DNA from: Deltaproteobacteria bacterium TL4 | GTDB lineage: Bacteria; SAR324; NAC60-12 | DNA length: 12,041 nucleotides | Assembly (NCBI GenBank): GCA_051382335.1 | Contig: JBBCAX010000166.1 | Location: 1 to 12,041, forward strand | Direction: 5' to 3' | Shown here: positions 1 through 7,128 of the stretch, in pieces | Position numbering within the stretch: the first letter of the stretch is position 1 | Layout of the letters: every line of letters starts with the position of its first letter | Notes under the pieces: model-generated | What the model saw: the letters and a program-made list of their open reading frames with translations, nothing else | Database searches by the model: none | Told to the model about the DNA's origin: nothing | Translations under genes and position numbers: made by a program

Positions 1-136
1 TCGTATTAGAATTAATGATAGGTTTGGCCTGAAAAACGGGAAATAATAACCTTGCATTAATTCATTCATAAAATAAAACCACTGATATTATTGAATAATT
101 AAAACTAAAACCATGAATCAAATGTTCAAAGTCCAG
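1..136. mobile_element. Possible end of an insertion sequence (IS701-like terminus, TTAA target) interrupting the PIN gene
   Basis: AT-rich non-coding 1-120 ends in AATGTTCAAAGTCCAG (reverse complement CTGGACTTTGAACATT), directly followed by TTAA (137-140). PIN homology (LRVTEEIE...) begins exactly there. No transposase is visible, so the family is a guess from the terminus and YTAR target. Confidence 0.35.
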
Positions 137-319
137 TTAAGAGTAACCGAAGAAATAGAAGCCAAAGCATGGGAACTCCTGAAGCAATATCAGGATCATG
201 ATTTCAGTTTCACCGATTGCACATCTTTTGTATTGATGCGGAATCACAGAATTCAACAAGTGTGTACGCTGGATCATCATTTTGTGATTGCTGGTTTTGA
301 AATGGTTGTCCAAGTGTAG
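137..319 (+). pseudogene. C-terminal half of a PIN-domain (VapC-like) toxin/ribonuclease, 5'-truncated
   Basis: Translation VTEEIEAKAWELLKQYQDHDFSFTDCTSFVLMRNHRIQQVCTLDHHFVIAGF matches the typical VapC C-terminus (SFTDCxSF...TxDxHF..GF). The N-terminal DT motif and about 70 aa are missing; the ORF-track start at 113 lies in unrelated AT-rich sequence. Confidence 0.75.
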
Positions 320-632
320 AACGGTGATCAGTTTAGTGGAAAAACAGGAAGCCCAGGCCAATAACGAAAAACTGGTGACCTTGATCAGCGGGGTCAGAAA
401 CGATATTGCCAGTCTGGGAAATGCTCTCAGCCGGCAATTAGCCGATATCCGTGACCGACAGGGCGAAGTGGCACAGGTGATTCAACGTCAGACGGATCAG
501 ATGGAGCTGGCGTCAGAACAGGCACGCTCCCGTTCGGAAGCAGCGTTGAACGCCCAGCAAACGTTTATCAAAAACCGTGATGATGCCAGAGACTGCAAAG
601 CCAGAGGTGGCTGGCTCTGCGGCACTTATTAA
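288..632 (+). CDS. Hypothetical coiled-coil protein or gene remnant (start uncertain, possibly GTG at 324)
   Basis: 114-codon ORF, Q/E/A/L-rich with a heptad-like pattern and plausible coding composition. No recognisable family and no clear RBS. Confidence 0.4.
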   Translation: MLVLKWLSKCRTVISLVEKQEAQANNEKLVTLISGVRNDIASLGNALSRQLADIRDRQGEVAQVIQRQTDQMELASEQARSRSEAALNAQQTFIKNRDDARDCKARGGWLCGTY

Positions 633-655
633 GTGATACCATTGGAGAAAAATCG

Positions 656-1462
656 ATGAAAATAAAAACTATATTGTGTGTGATTATGATGTTGATGGGA
701 CTGTCTGTGTCTGTAATTGTTGCCGAAGACCTCCATCCGGGAGTCGCGCCTGTTACGTATTCAAGAGAAGTTGGGAATTTTATCGGATGGGTCGATATCT
801 CCGGCGGGAGGTTTTCGATGGGATCGAATAACGTTAGCATTAGCAGTGATGAGAAGCCTGCGCACAGCGTAACGCTGAGCGGATTCAAAATCATGGATCA
901 TGAGGTGACGGCGGCGAAGTACAAGGAATGTGTGGACGCAGGGAGTTGTACTTACACCGGTGGGACCGGAAGTTATTACACGTACAATCGGAGTGGCTAT
1001 GGGAACCATCCTGTGAATTATGTTTCCTGGCACGACGCAAAGGCGTATGCGGACTGGGAGGGAGCGAGGCTGTGCACGGAGGCGGAGTGGGAATACGCGG
1101 CGCGTGCGGGGACAACGACGGAGTGGGCTTGCGGAAGCAATGCGTCATGTCTGAATGACTATGCGTGGTATGATTCCAACAGTGGGACTACGACACATGC
1201 GGTGAAGACGAAACAGGCGAACGCATGGGGAGTGTATGACATGGCGGGTAATGTGTGGGAGTGGACGGCGGACTGGTACGATTCTTACAGCAGCGGTAGT
1301 GTGACGAACCCGACGGGGCCCAGTAGTGGCTCCAACCGTGTGAATCGTGGCGGCGGCTTCAGCTACAGCGGCGGCGACTCTTTGCGGTCAGCCTTTCGCA
1401 TCAGCTATTCGCCGGGCGATCGCAACATCTTCCTCGGTTTCCGCCTGTGTTCCAGTTTGTGA
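656..1462 (+). CDS. Secreted FGE-sulfatase/SUMF1-domain (C-type lectin fold) protein; candidate DGR target
   Basis: GGAG RBS at 644-647; signal peptide MKIKTILCVIMMLMGLSVSVIVA; family motifs GGRFSMGS, DEKPAHSV, HEVT, HPVNYVSWHDAKAY, RLCTEAEWEYAARAG, NAWGVYDMAGNVWEW, RVNRGG...GFRL. Confidence 0.92.
   Translation: MKIKTILCVIMMLMGLSVSVIVAEDLHPGVAPVTYSREVGNFIGWVDISGGRFSMGSNNVSISSDEKPAHSVTLSGFKIMDHEVTAAKYKECVDAGSCTYTGGTGSYYTYNRSGYGNHPVNYVSWHDAKAYADWEGARLCTEAEWEYAARAGTTTEWACGSNASCLNDYAWYDSNSGTTTHAVKTKQANAWGVYDMAGNVWEWTADWYDSYSSGSVTNPTGPSSGSNRVNRGGGFSYSGGDSLRSAFRISYSPGDRNIFLGFRLCSSL
1331..1460 (+). other. Putative DGR variable region (VR) at the 3' end of the FGE-domain gene
   Basis: 32 of 38 codons at 1331-1444 end in C/T and only one ends in A. 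NNC/NNT codons occupy the positions that are AAC/AAT in FGE-type template repeats (ttc agc tac agc ggc ggc gac; cgc atc agc tat; cgc aac atc ttc ctc ggt ttc cgc). Confidence 0.6.
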
Positions 1463-1540
1463 CCCTTGGCGCTTTTACCCTTTTACCCTTGGAAAAACAG
1501 GGATTTGAAAAGGTTTTGATAAGCGGAACAGATCAAGAAC

Positions 1541-1562
1541 AGGTCTGACGTAGTTCAGACCT
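1541..1562. repeat. 8-bp stem hairpin AGGTCTGA-N6-TCAGACCT
   Basis: Perfect inverted repeat, 1541-1548 and 1555-1562. Confidence 0.85.
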
Positions 1563-1570
1563 AATTAGAC

Positions 1571-1604
1571 CTACCATTAGACCTAATTTTAGGTCTAATG
1601 GTAG
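1571..1604. repeat. Perfect 16-bp inverted repeat (cruciform/hairpin)
   Basis: CTACCATTAGACCTAA (1571-1586), TT, TTAGGTCTAATGGTAG (1589-1604). Confidence 0.95.
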
Positions 1605-1619
1605 TAGGAGTCAAAAAGT

Positions 1620-1681
1620 GCCTGAATCAGGCCTGAATCAGGCCTGAATCAGGCCTGAATCAGGCCTGAATCAGGCCTGAA
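1620..1681. repeat. Tandem repeat (GCCTGAATCAG) x5.6, built from the palindrome TCAGGCCTGA plus A
   Basis: Perfect 11-bp units at 1620, 1631, 1642, 1653 and 1664, plus a partial GCCTGAA at 1675-1681. Confidence 0.97.
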
Positions 1682-1690
1682 ATTGTATGG

Positions 1691-1718
1691 AAATCAGGTC
1701 TATTTTTAGGCCTGATTT
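1691..1718. repeat. 12-bp imperfect hairpin AAATCAGGTCTA-TTTT-TAGGCCTGATTT
   Basis: 11/12 complementary arms made of the same motif family as the tandem repeat. Confidence 0.85.
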
Positions 1719-1719
1719 T

Positions 1720-1964
1720 GGACACCTTTCAAAAACGATGAATTTTAGTTGACAGTTTACTCAAACCTCTTCTCAAAAATGAAAGGTGCCCATTTTCCAA
1801 TGGACAGTTGATCTTTAACGCAAAGTCGCAAAGACGCAAAGAGCGCAAAGAAATAGTTTAAAACCCTTTGCGTTCCTTGCGTCCTGGCGCCTTTGCGTTA
1901 AAATAAAGAAAGAAGTGACTCTTATTAAACGGTAAACTACTTTTCTGTATTTTTGAAAGGTGTC
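1720..1964. mobile_element. MITE-like non-autonomous element bounded by terminal inverted repeats
   Basis: GACACCTTTCAAAAA (1721-1735) and TTTTTGAAAGGTGTC (1950-1964) form a perfect 15-bp inverted repeat, with further subterminal similarity (TAGTTGACAGTTTA vs TAGTTTACCGTTTA). A second right end TGAAAGGTGCCC sits at 1780-1791. ATTTT flanks occur at 1715-1719, 1792-1796 and 1965-1969. Confidence 0.65.
1814..1902. repeat. REP-like long imperfect palindrome with 4x CGCAAAG in the left arm
   Basis: Left arm TTTAACGCAAAGTCGCAAAGACGCAAAGAGCGCAAAG (1814-1850), 15-nt loop, right arm CTTTGCGTTCCTTGCGTCCTGGCGCCTTTGCGTTAAA (1866-1902). Confidence 0.9.
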
Positions 1965-2052
1965 ATTTTTTCCACTCATAATGCCAAAGTGATGTCCCTG
2001 CCGCTTGGAACGTTAGACTTCGACGGCCCTATTTGAGATTTTTGACGGAGGT

Positions 2053-3732
2053 ATGATGCGGTTACCCTATGGAATTAGTGATTTTGCCCGTCTGGTGCGG
2101 GATGGTTATCATTTTGTGGATCACACTCCTTATGTCGAAAAACTCGAGAAGGAGGATGCGCCCTATCTCTTTTTCCTGCGTCCCAGACGCTTTGGCAAAA
2201 GTCTGTTTGTCTCACTCCTGAGCTACTACTACGGGATTGAACACAAGGATCAGTTTCAGGCACTTTTTAGTCAATACTACATTGGACAACACCCCACCCC
2301 CAAAGCCAACAGCTACTATATTCTGAAATTTGAGTTCAGCCGAATTAACACCCAAACTTGGGAAAGCACGTTTGAGGGATTTCGGCAGAATGTCATCAAA
2401 GGGATTCACAGCTTTGAGCATCGGTATGGTTCCTCAGGAAAAAATTATGAATCCATTCATGAACCGACGGATCTCCTGAAAGATTTCTTTGAAGCTCACC
2501 CTGATAAAAAGATCTACCTCCTCATTGATGAATACGATCACTTTGCCAATGAAGTGCTGAGTTTCCGCTATGAGGAGTTTATGAAAATGGTCACCGGTTC
2601 TGGATTTGTACGAAAATTCTACGAATCCATCAAAGCCGCTACCGGCGAGGGTATTGTCGAGCGACTCTTTGTGACCGGCGTCACCCCCATTACTCTGGAT
2701 AGCATGACCAGTGGTTTCAATATCGGGGTGCATTTATCACGAAATGAACGATTTCATTCCATGTTGGGCTTTGAAACCCATGAAGTCAAACAGATGATCG
2801 AAGGAATTGTAGAGGGTGGAGAAGAAAAAAAGCAGGAAGTGTTGGAAAAAATGAGGCTATGGTATAACGGCTATCGCTTTGAAGCCTCTGCCGAGCAAGG
2901 TATTTATAACCCGGATATGGTCTTGTACTGTTTGATAATGCTCGCACCCAAACAAAAATACCCTGAAGACCTGATTGATCCGAACATTGCCAGCGATTAT
3001 GGCAAGCTCAAGAAGCTGTTTGACCTCAAAGAACGTGATCAAAATTATCAGGTTCTGGAACAATTGGTTCATGACAGTTATGTCATGGCAGGAATCACCG
3101 AACAGTTCAGTTTTGAAAAACGCTTCACCACCGATGACTTCAAAAGCCTGTTATTTTACATGGGGATGCTGAGCATCCAGGGCAGTGAGTTGAGCGCCAT
3201 GAAATTGGGGATTCCGAACTTTGCCATCAAGGGGTTGTACTGGAAGTTTTTCATTGAAGCCCTGGCGGATAAATGCTCCCTGGAGTTTGAAATCATGAAT
3301 GTGCGTGAGGCGATTTTCGCGCTGGCCCAGAAAAATGAGATTCAACCGCTCCTGACGCTGGTAGAAACAACCCTCAAAGCGATGTCAAATCGGGACTTCC
3401 TGCACTTTGATGAGAAATATGTGAAATTGTTGCTGGTAGCGTTTGTGAATCAGGCAAATGTGTACTTTATCAAAAGTGAGCAGGAGGTGGATCAACGCTA
3501 TCCTGATATTCTGCTGCTGAACCGCCCGCCGTATTTTCCGAATTTCCAGTTTGTGATTGAAGTGAAATACCTGAAAAAAAGCCAGGCACGCAAGCTGTCC
3601 GAAGTGAAACAGGGAGCGATCACTCAACTTCAGGGATACCTGCAAAGTGAGGACTTGAAAGCCATCCCGAACCTCAAGGCGTATGTGCTCGTGTTTGTTG
3701 GCGAAAAAGCCAAAGTGGTGCAGGCTCTGTGA
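2053..3732 (+). CDS. AAA-ATPase-like domain protein with C-terminal PD-(D/E)XK nuclease domain (AAA-ATPase_like + PDDEXK_9 architecture)
   Basis: GGAGG RBS at 2047-2051; N-terminal LPYGISDF; Walker A RPRRFGKS; Walker B LLIDEYD; FVTGV and WYNGYRF...YNP family motifs; C-terminal YPDILL...FVIEVKY...AITQLQGY nuclease motifs. Confidence 0.9.
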   Translation: MMRLPYGISDFARLVRDGYHFVDHTPYVEKLEKEDAPYLFFLRPRRFGKSLFVSLLSYYYGIEHKDQFQALFSQYYIGQHPTPKANSYYILKFEFSRINTQTWESTFEGFRQNVIKGIHSFEHRYGSSGKNYESIHEPTDLLKDFFEAHPDKKIYLLIDEYDHFANEVLSFRYEEFMKMVTGSGFVRKFYESIKAATGEGIVERLFVTGVTPITLDSMTSGFNIGVHLSRNERFHSMLGFETHEVKQMIEGIVEGGEEKKQEVLEKMRLWYNGYRFEASAEQGIYNPDMVLYCLIMLAPKQKYPEDLIDPNIASDYGKLKKLFDLKERDQNYQVLEQLVHDSYVMAGITEQFSFEKRFTTDDFKSLLFYMGMLSIQGSELSAMKLGIPNFAIKGLYWKFFIEALADKCSLEFEIMNVREAIFALAQKNEIQPLLTLVETTLKAMSNRDFLHFDEKYVKLLLVAFVNQANVYFIKSEQEVDQRYPDILLLNRPPYFPNFQFVIEVKYLKKSQARKLSEVKQGAITQLQGYLQSEDLKAIPNLKAYVLVFVGEKAKVVQAL

Positions 3733-3853
3733 GATAGGTACTTTTTCCCGCGAACCCTCGCTTGGGTATCGTCATTATGCAAAAATCCAAAAAACTGAAC
3801 GTAATGAGTCCCTTGATCCATGTAATCAATTCAATGTCTTCACGATAAAAAAT

Positions 3854-6800
3854 ATGGAAATCATTGACAACATCACCACTCTGCTGGGCGATAATCTAAA
3901 GAAAACACTCCGGCCTGACTCAAAGCTGAAGATTGCCGCTTCCTGCTTCTCCATCTACGCCTATGAAGCTTTGAAGGCAGAAATGGAAAAGATCGACTCT
4001 CTCAATTTCCTGTTCACCTCGCCTACCTTTATCTCCAACCAGATCATTGACAAACTCGGTAAAGAAAAACGTGAGTTCCATATTCCCAAGCTCAAGCGGG
4101 AGAGCAGTCTGTACGGTTCAGAATTTGAGATCCGCTTGAAGAATAAACTGACGCAACGGGCCATAGCCAAAGAATGTGCTGAATGGATTAAGCGTAAGGT
4201 CAAATTCAAATCAAATAGTACCCCAGCCCCCATGCAGCAGTTTGCTTGTGTCGATGGTGCGCAAACCAAGTCGGTATATTTACCATTGAGTGGTTTTACA
4301 GCCGTTGATTTGGGCTATCAGAAGGGAGATGCCGTATCGAATTTCGTCAATAAAATGGATGATCCCACCATGACAAATACCTATCTGCATCTGTTTAACC
4401 AGATATGGCATGACAACGACAAGGTCAGCGATATCACGGAACAGGTTTGTGAGCATATTGCTGCGGTATATACCGAGAATTCCCCCGAAGCGATTTACTT
4501 TCTGATTCTGTTCAATTTGTTCAAAGAATTTCTCGAAGATGTTTCTGAAGATTTCATGCCCAATGACCTGACTGGCTATCAGAACAGTCTTATTTGGGCA
4601 AAGTTGTTCAATTTCCAGAAAGATGCCGCTGTGGGGATCATCAATAAACTGGAAAGCTATAATGGTTGCATTCTTGCGGACAGTGTCGGTTTGGGGAAAA
4701 CTTTTACCGCACTGGCTGTGATTAAATATTACGAACTGCGCAACAAATCGGTTCTGGTGCTCTGTCCCAAGAAGCTTTCGGACAACTGGCAGAATTACAA
4801 TCAGAACCTCGTCACCAACATCTTTGCCAAAGATCGTTTTAACTACGATGTTCTATGTCATACGGATTTGCAGCGTACCCGTGGTTATTCTCTCGGCATA
4901 CGCCTGGATCGGATTAACTGGGGAAACTATGATCTGGTGGTCATTGATGAATCCCATAACTTCCGCAATAATGAAGCCTATAAAGATCGGGAAACCCGTT
5001 ACCAGAAGTTGATGAATAATGTGATCAAGTCCGGTGTAAAGACCAAGGTGCTGATGTTATCGGCAACACCCGTCAATAACCGCTTCAATGACCTGCGTAA
5101 CCAGCTTGCGCTTGCCTACGAGGGGAATTCTGAAAACCTTGACAAGAAGCTCCATACCGAGAGAAACGTGAACGAAATATTCCGACGGGCTCAGGGGGTG
5201 TTTAATGAGTGGTCCAGGTTGCCGCCAGAAGAACGGACACCGGCAGCGATTCTCAATCGGCTGGATTTTGATTTTTTCGAGATGCTGGATAGTGTCACCA
5301 TTGCCCGGTCCCGCAAACATATCCAGAAGTTCTACGATATGAAAGATATCGGGCCCTTTCCGCACCGGCTCAAACCACTTTCCTACCACTGTCCTTTGAC
5401 CCATCGTACCGATGTCATCAACTTCACCGACCTGTTCAACCGCTTGATTGTCCTGAATATGGCCGTTTATGCGCCGTTCCGTTACATCCTGCCCAGTCGT
5501 CTCCGCAAATATGAAGCGCTCTATGATACGGAAGTAAAGGGGGGGCTTTCTCGCTTGAAGCAGAGCGACCGGGAAAAGAGTCTTCAGGCACTCATGACGG
5601 TGAATCTGCTGAAACGTTTGGAAAGTTCAGTAGAAGCGTTCCGTCTTACCCTGCAAATGATGCAGGAGAAGCTTGAAAAGATATTGGCTACCATCGAAAA
5701 ATATAAGAAGAGTGGCTTTGCCGATAGTGTTGAGGATATGTCCGCATCCTTTGAAAATGCGGATGAAGATGACATGGAAACACCAGAAAGTGATGATTCC
5801 ACCATCGGCGGTAAGGTTAAGATTGATCTGGCCGATATGGATCTTGATTCATGGAAATTCGATCTCCATAACGATTGGGTGATTTTTATCGAGCTACTGG
5901 CTGAAATGCGGAAAATCACCCCACCCGATGATGCCAAACTGCAACACCTTAAAAAACTGATTGCGGATAAACAGAAAGTGCCCATCAATCCCGGCAATAA
6001 GAAGATTTTGATCTTCACCGCCTTTGCCGATACAGCCGCTTATCTCTACAAAAACCTGTGTCCCTACAACATAGAGCACTTTGGCCTGCATACTGCCAAA
6101 GTGACTGGTAGCGACGGTTGCAAGTCCACGCTTAAACACAACTACGACTATCAATCCTTGCTGACTCTGTTCTCTCCGGTATCCAAGGAAAAAGCCGTGA
6201 TCTTGCCCAAAGAACCTGCCGAGATTGACATTCTGATTGGAACGGATTGTATCTCCGAAGGACAGAACCTTCAGGACTGCGATTATCTGGTGAACTATGA
6301 CATCCACTGGAATCCGGTTCGTATCATTCAGCGATTTGGGCGGATTGACCGGATTGGCTCTAAAAATACCAGGATACAGCTCGTCAATTTCTGGCCGGAT
6401 ATCTCGCTGGATGACTACATCAATCTGAAAAACCGGGTAGAAAGCCGTATGGTCATTGCGGATGTTACCGCCACGGGTGATGATAATGTTCTCAGTGCTG
6501 AAGCCAATGACATGGCTTTCCGCAAGGAACAGCTCCAGCGACTTCAGGAAGAAGTGATTGATCTGGAGGACGTCAAGACCGGAGTCTCCATCACCGACCT
6601 TGGTTTGAACGACTTCCGTATGGATTTGGTTAATTATGTCAAAGCGAATGGCAATATGGACAGTCTGCCCAGAGGGATGCACGCCGTAATCGGTGTTGCC
6701 CCGGAAAAGGGCATTCTCCCAGGTGTGATATTCGTCCTCCGCAATATCGATGAGGGAGTGAATGTCAATCAGCAGAACCGCCTGCACCCTTATTATCTGA

Positions 6801-7126
6801 TTTACATGGGGATCAATGGCCAGATTATTATCAATCATACGGAGGTCAAGAAGATCCTCGACCTGCTACGGGCAGCCTGTAAAGGGCGCTCTGAACCGAT
6901 CTGTTCCCTGTATGAACCCTTCAACCGGGAGACACACGATGGCCGGAAGATGGAGACTTATTCCCGTTTGCTGGAACAATCCATTCGTTCCATGATCGAT
7001 ATCAAAGAGGATAAAGATCTGGACAGTCTCTTTTCTGGTGGAGGCACAACCGCCTTACTCAATACGATCCGTGGATTGAATGACTTTGAACTCATCGCCT
7101 TCCTGGTTGTCCAAGGAACTGTTTGA
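3854..7126 (+). CDS. SNF2-family (SF2) helicase/ATPase, 1090 aa, with an N-terminal PLD-like domain
   Basis: Likely start ATG 3854 (MEIIDN...). Motifs: ILADSVGLGKT (I), VVIDESHNFR (II), LSATP (III), TDCISEGQNLQ, YDIHWNP, QRFGRIDRIGS (VI). The ORF-track start at 3683 overlaps the upstream gene. Confidence 0.92.
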   Translation: MEIIDNITTLLGDNLKKTLRPDSKLKIAASCFSIYAYEALKAEMEKIDSLNFLFTSPTFISNQIIDKLGKEKREFHIPKLKRESSLYGSEFEIRLKNKLTQRAIAKECAEWIKRKVKFKSNSTPAPMQQFACVDGAQTKSVYLPLSGFTAVDLGYQKGDAVSNFVNKMDDPTMTNTYLHLFNQIWHDNDKVSDITEQVCEHIAAVYTENSPEAIYFLILFNLFKEFLEDVSEDFMPNDLTGYQNSLIWAKLFNFQKDAAVGIINKLESYNGCILADSVGLGKTFTALAVIKYYELRNKSVLVLCPKKLSDNWQNYNQNLVTNIFAKDRFNYDVLCHTDLQRTRGYSLGIRLDRINWGNYDLVVIDESHNFRNNEAYKDRETRYQKLMNNVIKSGVKTKVLMLSATPVNNRFNDLRNQLALAYEGNSENLDKKLHTERNVNEIFRRAQGVFNEWSRLPPEERTPAAILNRLDFDFFEMLDSVTIARSRKHIQKFYDMKDIGPFPHRLKPLSYHCPLTHRTDVINFTDLFNRLIVLNMAVYAPFRYILPSRLRKYEALYDTEVKGGLSRLKQSDREKSLQALMTVNLLKRLESSVEAFRLTLQMMQEKLEKILATIEKYKKSGFADSVEDMSASFENADEDDMETPESDDSTIGGKVKIDLADMDLDSWKFDLHNDWVIFIELLAEMRKITPPDDAKLQHLKKLIADKQKVPINPGNKKILIFTAFADTAAYLYKNLCPYNIEHFGLHTAKVTGSDGCKSTLKHNYDYQSLLTLFSPVSKEKAVILPKEPAEIDILIGTDCISEGQNLQDCDYLVNYDIHWNPVRIIQRFGRIDRIGSKNTRIQLVNFWPDISLDDYINLKNRVESRMVIADVTATGDDNVLSAEANDMAFRKEQLQRLQEEVIDLEDVKTGVSITDLGLNDFRMDLVNYVKANGNMDSLPRGMHAVIGVAPEKGILPGVIFVLRNIDEGVNVNQQNRLHPYYLIYMGINGQIIINHTEVKKILDLLRAACKGRSEPICSLYEPFNRETHDGRKMETYSRLLEQSIRSMIDIKEDKDLDSLFSGGGTTALLNTIRGLNDFELIAFLVVQGTV

Positions 7127-7128
7127 CT

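Noticed and set aside
656..1462. True formylglycine-generating enzyme
   Set aside because: Lacks the catalytic C-terminal CxxxxC motif (RGGSxxCxxxxC..YR) and has no adjacent sulfatase.
1620..1681. CRISPR array
   Set aside because: The 11-bp units are directly adjacent with no unique spacers, and there are no cas genes.
3813..3829. FNR-like box TTGAT-N7-ATCAA upstream of the helicase
   Set aside because: The spacer is 7 bp rather than the canonical 4, and 5-bp arms can occur by chance in AT-rich DNA.
3683..3853. N-terminal extension of the SNF2 ORF
   Set aside because: Overlaps the upstream gene and reads as non-protein-like; ATG 3854 (MEIIDN) is the more plausible start.
5539..5545. G7 tract in the helicase as a phase-variation switch
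   Set aside because: Short, in frame (Lys-Gly-Gly) and expected by chance.
5894..6838. 314-aa minus-strand ORF
   Set aside because: Lies entirely antisense to the conserved helicase C-terminal domain and has no recognisable motifs; a codon-bias shadow.
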